DNA from: Archaeoglobus sp. JdFR-37
GTDB lineage: Archaea; Halobacteriota; Archaeoglobi; Archaeoglobales; Archaeoglobaceae
DNA: 64,000 nt
NCBI GenBank assembly: GCA_002010215.1
Contig: MTMY01000004.1
Coordinates: 62,001 to 126,000 of the forward strand
Direction of reading: 5' to 3'
Position numbers and translations under genes: made by a program. Below are positions 27,648 to 37,661 of this stretch, one piece after another. The notes below the pieces were generated by a model that saw only the letters and a list, made by a program, of their open reading frames with translations, made no database searches and was not told the origin of the DNA. Every line of letters begins with the position of its first letter. Positions within the stretch are counted from its first letter, which is position 1.

Positions 27648-29501
27648 ATGACAGATAAAGGATTTCCAAAACCGTTGGAGGTAGAGGTTCCGGAAGAGCT
27701 CAGAGGCTGGGAGGAGATGTATCCACCCCACTACATCTTCAGCAAGGAGAGAGAGGAGTGGGAGAGCAGGCAGTTCTGGTACCTTGACAAGATACATGCC
27801 CCTGACCCCATGTATCCCTGGGATCTGATATTTCACGAAGCGTGGCAGATTGCTTTAGCTCAATACAACACCCGTGTCTTCTGCATACCACCTGCCCAAG
27901 GTGTGGCTCAGAGGCTGGTAGGCTGCTACTTCTATATATGCGCAGTGGAGCCCCCATCAGAGGGAACCATAGCCAAGAAGGCTGAACTTTTCCAGAAGAG
28001 GGCATTTCACGCCTTCGAGCATTACGATGACCTCTACGAGAAATGGGAGAAGAAGTTTAGAGACCTAGGAGAGAGTGTAAGGGAGATAGGAATCCCGGAT
28101 TTGCCGACTTTTGAGCCTGATGAGAGAGTTATTCCGGTTCCAAGAGGCTATTACTCCTCCTATGACTTGATGGAAGCATATGACAGGGTGATAAATGCAA
28201 TATACAAAGCATGGCAGTACCATTTCGAGTACCTGAATCTGTCCTATCTAGCATACCTGACATTCGCAGACACCGTCAGAAAGTTGTTCCCGGGTATAAG
28301 CGAGTCCACCATCGGAAAGATGGTTGCTGGGGCTTATGTTGTGATGTTTCGTCCTGAAGAGGAGCTGGCGAGGCTGGCGAGGCTGGCGATCTCTCTTGGC
28401 CCTAAAGTCGTGGAAATACTCAAATCCAACATGAAACCAGAGGAGAAACTTGAGGAGCTCAGTAAATTCCATGAAGGGAGAGAATGGATACACTCGTTTG
28501 AAGAGGTAAGAGATCCATGGTTCTATGTTTCCTGCGGCAGTGGATGGTTCCATTACGAAGGGAGCTGGATAAACACCCTAGAAGTCCCCTTCGAATATCT
28601 CAGGAGCTACATAGACAGGATTGAGAGAGGAGAAAAGGTGGAGAGAGACCTTGAAGCCATTGATGAACAGAGAGCTAAACTGGTAGAGGAGTACAGAAAC
28701 CTGATAAAGAGCGATGAGGACAGGCAGGCCTTTGATGAGGCCTATGGAATTTGCAGAAAGATATACACTTACGCTGAAAACCACCTATTCTGGGTGGAGC
28801 ATTGGTTCCACACCATAATTTTCGAGAAAATGAGAGAATTCGGCAGGCTGTTTGTAAGATACGGAATGCTGGACAAGGTTGACGACATATTTCTCTTCAA
28901 CCGCTTCGAGATTCCAATGATAATCGAAGACTTGGTTACGGCATGGGCGCTGGGCGAGAACGTCCCGACGAGGGCTGCATACTGGAAACAGAAGGCTGAG
29001 AAGAGAAAGAAGCTGCTGGAGGCTGCGAAGAACTGGACACCGCCTCCAGCTCTGGGAACGGTTCCAGAGGAGATTGCAGAGCCCTTCACAGTGATGCTGT
29101 GGGGAATAACCTCTGAAAAGGTTGCAGAATGGATAAAGGGTGTGACTGCCAGGCCAGAAGATGTCAGTGAGATAAAAGGATTTGCAGCATCAGCAGGAGT
29201 TATAGAGGGCAAAGCAAGAGTAATAAGGTTCCTTGACGAGATAACGGCTGTTCAGGAAGGAGAAATACTTGTCTGTCCTACAACGAACCCCTCCTGGGCC
29301 CCAGTGTTTACTAAAATCAAGGCCGCTGTGACAGATATTGGTGGCTTGACGAGCCATGCAGCAATAGTGTGCAGAGAGTATGGGCTGCCAGCAGTAACTG
29401 GAACTGGTATCTCTACCCAAGTGATAAAAACAGGAGATATAATTCGTGTAGATGGGGACAAGGGAATTGTTACAATTGTTGAGAGGAGCAACCAAGAGTA
29501 G
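27648..29501 (+). CDS. ppsA: Phenylphosphate synthase alpha subunit
   Basis: GWEEMYP, WQYHFEYLNL, GSGWFH, ENHLFWVEHWFH, EPFTVMLWG and the phospho-His domain GGLTSHAAIVCREYG; GGTGA RBS before ATG 27648. Confidence 0.92.
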   Translation: MTDKGFPKPLEVEVPEELRGWEEMYPPHYIFSKEREEWESRQFWYLDKIHAPDPMYPWDLIFHEAWQIALAQYNTRVFCIPPAQGVAQRLVGCYFYICAVEPPSEGTIAKKAELFQKRAFHAFEHYDDLYEKWEKKFRDLGESVREIGIPDLPTFEPDERVIPVPRGYYSSYDLMEAYDRVINAIYKAWQYHFEYLNLSYLAYLTFADTVRKLFPGISESTIGKMVAGAYVVMFRPEEELARLARLAISLGPKVVEILKSNMKPEEKLEELSKFHEGREWIHSFEEVRDPWFYVSCGSGWFHYEGSWINTLEVPFEYLRSYIDRIERGEKVERDLEAIDEQRAKLVEEYRNLIKSDEDRQAFDEAYGICRKIYTYAENHLFWVEHWFHTIIFEKMREFGRLFVRYGMLDKVDDIFLFNRFEIPMIIEDLVTAWALGENVPTRAAYWKQKAEKRKKLLEAAKNWTPPPALGTVPEEIAEPFTVMLWGITSEKVAEWIKGVTARPEDVSEIKGFAASAGVIEGKARVIRFLDEITAVQEGEILVCPTTNPSWAPVFTKIKAAVTDIGGLTSHAAIVCREYGLPAVTGTGISTQVIKTGDIIRVDGDKGIVTIVERSNQE

Positions 29502-29555
29502 ATTAATCATTTAATTTTATTTTTAAAATTTAATTATTTTACTAGGTGGGGAAGT

Positions 29556-30650
29556 ATGAGCAATAAAAACAGATACATAAAATGGTTCGAAGAGCTTGAT
29601 AAGGATAGTATCCCGAAAGTTGGAGGAAAAGCGGCAAATCTCGGAGAGATGATAAACGCAGGCTTTCCCATCCCTCCCGGTTTTGCCATTACCATTGACG
29701 CTTTTGAGGAGTTTCTGGAGAGTGCCAGGAGATTTGGAAAAAAGGCGAAGATAGTGGAAATAATTTCCAAAATCGACCCGAAGAACACACAGGAGCTTGA
29801 GGATACCAGCGCCTTTGTGAGAGAGATAATAGAGGCAACTCCCGTGCCTGAGGAGATAGTCGAAGAGATAAGAAGGGCATATCAGGAACTCTGCAGAAAA
29901 ATAGGAATTGAAGATGTTGCTGTCGCTGTCAGGAGCTCTGCAACCGCCGAAGACGTGCCTGATGCCAGCTTTGCAGGCCAGCAGGACACATACCTCTGGA
30001 TATCGAGATTTGAAGGCGTTATGAAGCATGTTGTCAAATGCTGGAGCAGCCTTTATTCACCGAGAGCAATAGCTTATAGAGCAACAAAGGGATTCTCCCA
30101 CTGGGATGTTTCCATTGGCGTTGCCGTTCAGAAAATGGTGAACTCGCGAAGCAGCGGGGTTATGTTCACTCTCAATCCAACCCATGGTGATGAGTCCCAG
30201 ATAGTAATTGAGGCAAGCTGGGGGCTTGGAGAAGCCATAGTAAGCGGTTCTGTAACCCCTGACAGGTTTGTTGTGGATAAGGTTACCATGGAGATCGTTG
30301 AAAGAACAGTATCCACAAAACTCTACTGGACAGTCTATGACCCAGATAAGGGAAGCGTAATCCATGGAGAGGTTCCTGAAGAGCTGAGAGAGGAGCCATC
30401 ACTGACAGATCAGGAAATTATCAGACTGGCTGAAATTGGTAAGAAAATAGAGAAGCACTATGGAACACCGCAGGACATCGAGTGGGCTATTGATGATGAC
30501 CTGCCATTCCCTGAAAACGTCTTTATTACCCAGAGCAGACCTGAGACCGTCTGGAGCAAGAAGAAAAAAGAGCCGGTTATAGGGAAGAAGAGTGGCTACG
30601 ATCTGATAATGAATAGGGCACTAACCCGTTATAAAGTTCCGAAATCATAA
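29556..30650 (+). CDS. ppsB: Phenylphosphate synthase beta subunit (ATP-binding PEP-synthase N-terminal domain only)
   Basis: VGGKAANLGE, AVRSSATAED...SFAGQQDTYLW, QDIEWA, QSRPETVW; lacks His and pyruvate domains; adjacent to ppsA. Confidence 0.92.
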   Translation: MSNKNRYIKWFEELDKDSIPKVGGKAANLGEMINAGFPIPPGFAITIDAFEEFLESARRFGKKAKIVEIISKIDPKNTQELEDTSAFVREIIEATPVPEEIVEEIRRAYQELCRKIGIEDVAVAVRSSATAEDVPDASFAGQQDTYLWISRFEGVMKHVVKCWSSLYSPRAIAYRATKGFSHWDVSIGVAVQKMVNSRSSGVMFTLNPTHGDESQIVIEASWGLGEAIVSGSVTPDRFVVDKVTMEIVERTVSTKLYWTVYDPDKGSVIHGEVPEELREEPSLTDQEIIRLAEIGKKIEKHYGTPQDIEWAIDDDLPFPENVFITQSRPETVWSKKKKEPVIGKKSGYDLIMNRALTRYKVPKS

Positions 30651-30768
30651 CGGACGAAATGGAGAGCATCTCAAGCATCAAAATGGAAACATCATCTTCA
30701 ATCATCAACAATATTTTATTAGGGTTACGTTCAGACATATTCTGAACACAGATGATGGAGGTAAATCT

Positions 30769-31299
30769 ATGGAGCTTGACCTGAATTCACCGATAATAAA
30801 GCTGGATAAGGTGAGGTTAGCTCTTCTCAAAGAGAAAGTAAGAGACCCGAACGTAACGCTCAGGAGTCTGAGCAGAATTCTGAAGGAAAAATACGACATA
30901 ACCCTCAGCCACACAAGGATTGCAGAAATTCTGAAGGAGATGAAGGATAAGGGAGTGATGAGAGAAGTGGTAATGCCCAACGAAAATTACTTCATTTTTG
31001 CCTTCATGGAAATGAGCTTCAACAACCAGAACTTCCCGGAGTGGAGGATGGCCTACAACTACCTGCTGGCTTCCCCCAATGTGATTATGCTTCTGGCAAC
31101 TGATGGCGATTACCGTTGGAAAGTTCTTGCTGCTTTCAGGAGCTTCCAAGAAGTGACACTATGGCTTCACGATTTTGTGGAAGGGCATGGCAGCTTTATC
31201 GAAGACATAAATCTAATGATAGTATATAAGATTCTGAAATTCAGCTTCTCGCCAAAACTCTTCGAAATAAATCAGCAGTTCATAAATGTCAATGATTAA
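30769..31299 (+). CDS. Lrp/AsnC-like transcriptional regulator
   Basis: N-terminal HTH (LDKVRLALL..DPNVTLRSLS...RIAEILKEM.DKGV) and RAM-like C-terminus. Confidence 0.72.
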   Translation: MELDLNSPIIKLDKVRLALLKEKVRDPNVTLRSLSRILKEKYDITLSHTRIAEILKEMKDKGVMREVVMPNENYFIFAFMEMSFNNQNFPEWRMAYNYLLASPNVIMLLATDGDYRWKVLAAFRSFQEVTLWLHDFVEGHGSFIEDINLMIVYKILKFSFSPKLFEINQQFINVND

Positions 31300-31319
31300 G
31301 ATTAAAAAGCTGGATTTCT

Positions 31320-32080
31320 ATGATCGAGCGGTCTCCAGTACTGCTGGAGAGCTGGCAATGTACTGCCAGCAGAGGTGTACCAAAGGTGGGAGGAGAGGCT
31401 CAGCATCCCCATAATCAGGTTTACAGTTCGACGGAGACTGTAGTGATAAGCATAACCAGACTTGATTCAGACCTTGTTGTTGGGTCTGTCGGTTATTCTT
31501 ATGCCAAGAAGGCTGGCAAAGCTGGTGGATGAGGCTCATGGGGGACTTTAGAAGAGGTGGAGGAATAAGAGCTGCTGGTCTCTTCAGAATATCTAGACAT
31601 CGGTTACGGGCAGAATCCAGATGAGACCATAAGAGGCATGCGGAAATGGATGGGCTGCTATAGTACAGAACGAGAGGCTTCATCAAGTTTGTCGACGACA
31701 ATCTGTTATTTGTAGACGGGAGGAAAGTTAATATAAAATACAGAGCTATCTTGGTTTACAGCATAAACGAGTCAGAGTGGAGATATGAAGAGATTCAGCC
31801 CAGCAGAAGATACGTAACAGAGTCCATAGGCGGTTACGGTTTCTCTGAGGAGCCCTACGAGGCAACGATACCACTGAAGCCCGGTTCTAAGATGGAGTAT
31901 CATGTGGTTATAATTGACAAAGTGGGAAATCATGCTGTGTCAGATAGTCACGCCTATAGGGTTGGTCACAGCAGGAATGAAATCGAGTTACCACTTAACT
32001 TACCTGCATTACACCTTTGTACCCTACCTCATTTCTCCGAAATTCAGCAAGCATATTGCTTTACACACAAAGTAAAATAA
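31320..32080 (+). pseudogene. Degraded remnant, 3' part resembling a beta-sandwich surface-protein domain
   Basis: Several short stop-interrupted fragments; YEATIPLKPGSKMEYHVVIIDKVGN segment. Confidence 0.4.
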
Positions 32081-32239
32081 TGTTTAAGAATAGAAATATT
32101 GGATAACAAAAATTCGCATTCTTTCGCCATGGAATGCAGATGAGGTGTCTTTGCAGCATGATTTCAAACAGTCCAGGGGAAAAATATATATCTGTCATCA
32201 TTTTTAATTAAAATTAATGGAAAGTCGGAGGGGTAGACC

Positions 32240-33496
32240 TTGAAAATCAGAAGAAGAGAATTTATAGAAACTGCAGCACTTATAGGAGGCTCGGTGCTGC
32301 TTGGTTCTTCTCTCCTGGGATGTGCCGGACAGCAACCTCAGAAGACTCCCACACCAGCTCCAGAGAAAAAAACTCCTGCACCAGAAAAGCCAATCAAAAT
32401 TGGGTATCTCGGCCCGCTTAGTGGACCATTTACTCCTTGGGGTGACGGGCATCTGAAAGGTGCCCAGATGGCGGTTGATGAGATTAACTCAAAAGGAGGT
32501 GTGATGGGTAGAAAACTTGAACTCATTGTCAGGGACACCAAGAATAATGCAAGCGAATCCGCAACAGTTTTTGAGGAGCTTGTGTTTCAGGAGGGAGTAG
32601 TTGCAGTTATTGGACCTGTCTCAAGCGATGTGGGGCTTGCAACTTCCAGAAAGGCGGAGGAACTTCAGGTTCCTTTACTCCTTCACATGGCTGGAAGTGA
32701 CAAGATACTCACCAAAAGCAGCAGGTATACCTTCAGAACAGCTCTCGTTGCCGGGCCGCTACTCATGCAGGCTCTGGCCGAATACATAAAGGAGAAGGGT
32801 TATACGAGAATTGGAGCGATTATCGCCGACTATGCCTGGGGACACTCGATTAAGGGAGGTATAGAGAAATACATTTCCACACTTTCCGGTGTGGAGGTGC
32901 AGATGGAGATTGCACCCGTCAAAGAGTCTGACTTTACACCCTATCTCAGAAAAATCCAGGATCTGAACCCCGAACTGGTTATTGCCACCGGTCACCCGCC
33001 AGGAACCGCAAAGATAGCCAGGCAGGGAACTGAGCTTGGATTCAAGGCTAAATACATCGGTCCGAACATTCCAAAGAAAGCCTGGGAGAAGATTCTTGGT
33101 GAGGATGTTACAAAGGGTATGCTCGACTTTACGCCTGTCAACTATAATTCTCCTGAATTTCAGGAGTTTGCCCAGAGGTTTTATAACAAGTACAAGGAGG
33201 AGGTTGACTTTGCTGGAACCACTGGCTATGTAAATATCAACCACCTTGCTTGGGCCATAGAACAGACCAACTCTGACGAACCAAAAGACATTGCCAATAA
33301 GATAAGGGGAGGGTCTTACAGCACCCCGTACTTCGCGTATCCGCTTTCATACACTCAGTGGGGAGACCAGAAGGAAGCAAGAGAAGTCATAATAACATTC
33401 AAGCCCGGGCCACCACCCTATGGACCTGAGTCAATATCTCATGCAGAGATCGAATTCATATCCCCGCCAATCAAACCGGCTGAGCCCGAGCAGTAA
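32240..33496 (+). CDS. LivK-family ABC substrate-binding lipoprotein (Tat)
   Basis: RRREF Tat motif, LLGC lipobox, PT/PAPEK linker, PIKIG.L.PLSG, INSKGGV.GRK. Confidence 0.92.
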   Translation: MKIRRREFIETAALIGGSVLLGSSLLGCAGQQPQKTPTPAPEKKTPAPEKPIKIGYLGPLSGPFTPWGDGHLKGAQMAVDEINSKGGVMGRKLELIVRDTKNNASESATVFEELVFQEGVVAVIGPVSSDVGLATSRKAEELQVPLLLHMAGSDKILTKSSRYTFRTALVAGPLLMQALAEYIKEKGYTRIGAIIADYAWGHSIKGGIEKYISTLSGVEVQMEIAPVKESDFTPYLRKIQDLNPELVIATGHPPGTAKIARQGTELGFKAKYIGPNIPKKAWEKILGEDVTKGMLDFTPVNYNSPEFQEFAQRFYNKYKEEVDFAGTTGYVNINHLAWAIEQTNSDEPKDIANKIRGGSYSTPYFAYPLSYTQWGDQKEAREVIITFKPGPPPYGPESISHAEIEFISPPIKPAEPEQ

Positions 33497-33509
33497 AAAA
33501 TTTTTATTT

Positions 33510-35156
33510 TTATATTTTTCCGAAAGCTCTTTCTCTTTCCAGCAACCTGAGCTTGTACCTCTGGATCTTTCCAGTTGCAGTCATGGGAAGCTCATCAACA
33601 AACTCGAAGCTTTCGGGGATCTTGTAGCCCTTAAGGCCTGAAGACTTCAGAAAGCTCCTCAGCTCCTCTTCAAGCTCATCTGAAGGTGTGTAATCCTTTG
33701 AAATGACGACGAAAGCCTTTACAATGCCAACTCTGTTCTCATCATATCCTTGCACGACAGCGCAGAACTCCACTGCTGGATGCTTCAGGAGTGCAGACTC
33801 CACCTCCACCGGAGACACCCACAGCCCCCTAGTCTTTATCAGATCATCTGCCCTGCCGACGTGGGTCCAGAAGCCGTCCTCATCTCTCACATACATGTCT
33901 CCGGTATCAAACCACTCTCCAAGAAACGCTTTTTTGGTTTTCTCGTGCTTCTCCCAGTAGAGAGCAGCTATTGAATCCCCTTTCACCAGCAATTTGCCGG
34001 GCTTTCCAACAGGGACATCGTTCCCTTCATCATCCACAAGCTTAAGCTCGTATCCCGGGACGGGAATACCAGATGTTCCCGGTTTTATCCTGCCGGGTCT
34101 GTTTGAGATGAAGATGTGGGTAAGTTCGGTAGTGCCGATACCGTCAAGAATGTCGACACCAAATTTCTCCTTCCATTTCTGATAGGTTACGGCAGGCAGC
34201 GCTTCGCCTGCGTTAACGCACAATCTGAGGCTTGAGGTGTCGTATCTTTTTTCTGCATCCTCTATAGCGAGCATTCTGTTGTAGAAGGGCGGGACAGTGA
34301 AGAGAACAGTAACCCCGTATTTTTCGATTATCTGAAAAGACCTCTCAGGATCAGGCACTGCTGGATCGAGAACGACTTCAGAACCAAATCTGAATGGACC
34401 GTAGGTTGAGTTTCCGAGTCCATAGGCGAAGAAGAGCTTGCTGACAGAATAGCAAACATCCGCTTCATTCAGCTCGAGAACGTGCCTGTAGTATGTGTCA
34501 GCGCTGTAGAGCATATCGTGCTGGAGGTGCACCACACCCTTCGGCAATCCTGTTGTCCCGGAGCTGTAAAGCCAGAAGGCCATTGCGTCTCTGCTCAGTC
34601 TCAGGGGCTCAAGCTCATCTGAGGCTTCATCCATGAGAGCGCTGAGAGATAGCTGACCATTTTCTGCAGCATATTTTTCTGTCTCTATAACGATTATGTG
34701 CTTCAGAAATCTTGCTTTTTTTGCAATTTTAACAACCTTCTCTGCAAGGTTTGCGTGCACGATTACAGCTTTAGCCCTTGAATCGTTCAGATAGTAAAGA
34801 TATTCCTCGGAAGAGAGCATGGTGTTCACAGGCACCGGAATCGCCCCAATTTTGATGGCCCCGAAGAAGGAGAAGACGAATTCCGGGGTGTCTAAAGCTA
34901 TCATGAGGATTCTATCGTCCACATCCAGTCTCACATTTCTTAGGGCATTTCCTGCTCTGTTTGTGTTCAGCATCAATTCTTCATAAGTGTATTCACTTTC
35001 CGGGATGCCTGAAACCTCGTCTCCGCAACACCTCAATGCTACCTTATTACCTTTCCCAAGCCTCACATTCTCATCAATCAGAATTTCGGCAACGTTCATA
35101 ACTTCCGGGATGTTAATCTCAACTTCCTCGCCCTTTTCATAAACCACAAAAGACAC
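33510..35156 (-). CDS. Benzoate-CoA ligase
   Basis: WLYSSGTTG.PKGVVH, KLFFAYGLGN, DGIGTTELTHIFISN, LPMTATGKIQR. Confidence 0.92.
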   Translation of the reverse strand: MSFVVYEKGEEVEINIPEVMNVAEILIDENVRLGKGNKVALRCCGDEVSGIPESEYTYEELMLNTNRAGNALRNVRLDVDDRILMIALDTPEFVFSFFGAIKIGAIPVPVNTMLSSEEYLYYLNDSRAKAVIVHANLAEKVVKIAKKARFLKHIIVIETEKYAAENGQLSLSALMDEASDELEPLRLSRDAMAFWLYSSGTTGLPKGVVHLQHDMLYSADTYYRHVLELNEADVCYSVSKLFFAYGLGNSTYGPFRFGSEVVLDPAVPDPERSFQIIEKYGVTVLFTVPPFYNRMLAIEDAEKRYDTSSLRLCVNAGEALPAVTYQKWKEKFGVDILDGIGTTELTHIFISNRPGRIKPGTSGIPVPGYELKLVDDEGNDVPVGKPGKLLVKGDSIAALYWEKHEKTKKAFLGEWFDTGDMYVRDEDGFWTHVGRADDLIKTRGLWVSPVEVESALLKHPAVEFCAVVQGYDENRVGIVKAFVVISKDYTPSDELEEELRSFLKSSGLKGYKIPESFEFVDELPMTATGKIQRYKLRLLERERAFGKI

Positions 35157-35300
35157 CCCCTTCAGTTTTTCGTTTTTTCGAAATTTTAAATACTTAATCC
35201 TTAATATTTTTATTTAAAATGAAAATAAAAATTATCATAATTAAGCATTAGATATAACTCCTAGCGGGAGGGAAATAAATTTTAAATAATGTAAAATAGA

Positions 35301-36053
35301 GTGAGTCCATCAATGTCTGAAATCCATCTTAAATGTGAAGGCGTCTGGAAAAAATTTGGAGGATTTGAAGCACTCAGAGGAGTTGACCTGGAAGTTAAAA
35401 AGGGGGAGATCCTGGGACTGATAGGCCCGAACGGTGCGGGCAAGTCCACACTTCTAAATCTCATAAATGGGGTCTATTCGCCTTCTCGTGGAAGGATAAC
35501 TTTTGAAGGCAAGGACATTACAGGGAAAAAACCCCATGAGATATGCAAGCTTGGAATAGCCAGAGTGTTCCAGATCCCAAGACCTTTCTATGAGATGAGC
35601 TGTCTGGACAACGTTGTAACAGCCATAGTATTTAACTCTCAGGCAGATCGTAACCATGCAGAGAGGAGAGCTGCCGAATTGCTGGAGTTCGTGGGCATGA
35701 AATACCCTAACAGAAGCCCGGATGAGGTGACACTCCAGGATAAGCGAAGGGTGGAGCTGGCCAGATCTCTCGCATGCAATCCGAAGCTCCTGCTGGTGGA
35801 CGAATATATGGCCGGGCTGAATCCCGGTGAGATACAGGAAGCTTCAGAGCTGCTGAAGAAGGTCAATGAGGAGCTGGGCATCACGGTTATCTGGGTTGAA
35901 CACGTAATGCATGCCATTATGGGGCTGGCTGAGAGGATTGTTGTTCTGGATCACGGACTCAAGATAGCAGAGGGCAGCCCTCAGGAGGTTGTGAAGGACA
36001 AACAAGTTATTGAAGCATATCTTGGGTCTGCCATGGAGATTATGGAGGCCTGA
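35301..36053 (+). CDS. livG: Liv-type ABC ATPase
   Basis: [30 protein letters not shown]. Confidence 0.93.
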   Translation: MSPSMSEIHLKCEGVWKKFGGFEALRGVDLEVKKGEILGLIGPNGAGKSTLLNLINGVYSPSRGRITFEGKDITGKKPHEICKLGIARVFQIPRPFYEMSCLDNVVTAIVFNSQADRNHAERRAAELLEFVGMKYPNRSPDEVTLQDKRRVELARSLACNPKLLLVDEYMAGLNPGEIQEASELLKKVNEELGITVIWVEHVMHAIMGLAERIVVLDHGLKIAEGSPQEVVKDKQVIEAYLGSAMEIMEA

Positions 36054-36057
36054 TAGA

Positions 36058-36771
36058 TTGGATTTACTGGCTGTTGAAGGTCTCAGAGCTGGTTACAAGG
36101 GTTTGAATGTCCTCTGGGATGTTGACCTGAATGTTAAAAAGAACACAATTGTGTCGGTTATCGGTTCTAATGGTTCCGGGAAAACCACCCTTCTCAATGC
36201 CATCATGGGTTTTGTAGAGGTTAATAAGGGTGAAATAATATTCAACGGAAATAAAATAACCCATCTGAAGCCTCAGGAGAGGGTTGGGCTGGGGATTGCC
36301 TATGTTCCCAGCGAGAGAGAGCTGTTTCCAGAAATGACCGTGGAAGACAACCTTATGCTGGGCGCTTACACACCAAGAGCCAGAAAACACCTCAGAGAGT
36401 CGCTCAGCCAGGTTTATGAGTTTTTTCCCATACTGAGTGAGAGAAGAAATCAGCTTGCAGGGACTATGAGCGGTGGGGAGCAGCAGATGCTGGCCATAGG
36501 AAGGGCGTTGATGTCCCGGCCCGAACTTCTTATTCTTGACGAGCTGTCAACGGGACTCGCTCCAGCCATAACTCTCAGAATTTACCGGAAACTTGAGGGG
36601 CTCTCTGAGAGAATGACAGTTCTGCTTGCAGAGCAAAACATACATCAGGCCTTTATGGTGTCGGACTACATCTACGTCATGGAAAACGGGAAAATCATAG
36701 CCTCGGGAAGCCCGGATGAGCTTTCTGAGAGTTCTCTGATAAAAAGCGCTTACCTGGGGGTGAAGGGATGA
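36058..36771 (+). CDS. livF: Liv-type ABC ATPase
   Basis: GSNGSGKTT, MSGGEQQMLA, LDE, AEQN, AYLG; TTG start at 36058. Confidence 0.93.
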   Translation: MDLLAVEGLRAGYKGLNVLWDVDLNVKKNTIVSVIGSNGSGKTTLLNAIMGFVEVNKGEIIFNGNKITHLKPQERVGLGIAYVPSERELFPEMTVEDNLMLGAYTPRARKHLRESLSQVYEFFPILSERRNQLAGTMSGGEQQMLAIGRALMSRPELLILDELSTGLAPAITLRIYRKLEGLSERMTVLLAEQNIHQAFMVSDYIYVMENGKIIASGSPDELSESSLIKSAYLGVKG

Positions 36772-37661
36772 TTCATGAAACACTTCAGGCCATTGCTGGT
36801 GGGATGGTTGAGGTCGTCATCGATGGTATTCTCTTCGGACTCCAGCTATCTCTCCTGGCTGTTGGGTTGGTTTTGATTTTCGGTCTTGGCGGTATACTGA
36901 ATCTTGCACATGGTGAATTCGTCATCATTACCGGCATAATTTCGGTTGTGCTGATATCATCGGGCTGGAACCCATTTATAGCCATTTCGGCTGCAATATT
37001 TCTATCGGGATTGCTGGGTCTTGCACTGGACAGGACCGTTCTCAGACCTGTTTATAAACTGAAAGGTGAAATGGAGGTTCTTGTTGGTCTGTTTGTTACC
37101 CTGGGGCTGGCTTTCATTCTCGAGGGGATAACGTCTTATCTCTTCCCTGGTTTTTACTTTTCCGTCAGGATTCCCGTGGAAACCATCAATATCATGGGGC
37201 TCAGTTTCAGGGCTTCGGCTTTGGTCTCAGGTTTGATATCCTTTGTGTCCCTTTACCTCCTTCTGATATTCTTGGGCAGAACGATGACCGGAAAGGCCAT
37301 AAGAGCGGCTCTCCAGAATCAAACAGGTTCCAGGGTGTGCGGTATAGATGTGGAAAGGATGAGGACTCTGGTCTTCTTTCTAGGAGGGTTGATGGCAGGG
37401 CTGGCAAGCCTCGCCAAAGGAGTTGCGTCTTCTGTTGAGCCCGGGTCGGGACTGGAGCTAACCTCCTACGCTCTAATAGTTGGGGTGGTAGGGGGTGTGA
37501 GAAGTGTTTACGGTGCCATGGTTGCAGGAGTGCTGCTTGGAGTTGTGAACGCAATAGCTAGCTACCTGCTGGGGACTTATCTCACCCTTATCATTCTGCT
37601 GGGGATAGTGGTGGTGGTCATACTTTATAAGCCAAGCGGGTTATTTGCAGGAGGTGTCTGA
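36768..37661 (+). CDS. livH: Liv-type ABC permease
   Basis: GL.LIFG..GILNLAHGE, GKAIRA..QN, KPSGLF. Confidence 0.92.
   Translation: MIHETLQAIAGGMVEVVIDGILFGLQLSLLAVGLVLIFGLGGILNLAHGEFVIITGIISVVLISSGWNPFIAISAAIFLSGLLGLALDRTVLRPVYKLKGEMEVLVGLFVTLGLAFILEGITSYLFPGFYFSVRIPVETINIMGLSFRASALVSGLISFVSLYLLLIFLGRTMTGKAIRAALQNQTGSRVCGIDVERMRTLVFFLGGLMAGLASLAKGVASSVEPGSGLELTSYALIVGVVGGVRSVYGAMVAGVLLGVVNAIASYLLGTYLTLIILLGIVVVVILYKPSGLFAGGV

Noticed and set aside
27648..30650. Split or frameshifted PEP synthase
   Set aside because: There is no pyruvate-binding domain, and the alpha-subunit N-terminal region is specific to phenylphosphate synthase. Both ORFs are intact with their own RBS.
23822..31300. Recurring ATTAATCATT-like words in the cluster's intergenic regions
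   Set aside because: AT-rich and partly coincident with start or stop codons; cannot be distinguished from chance by eye.
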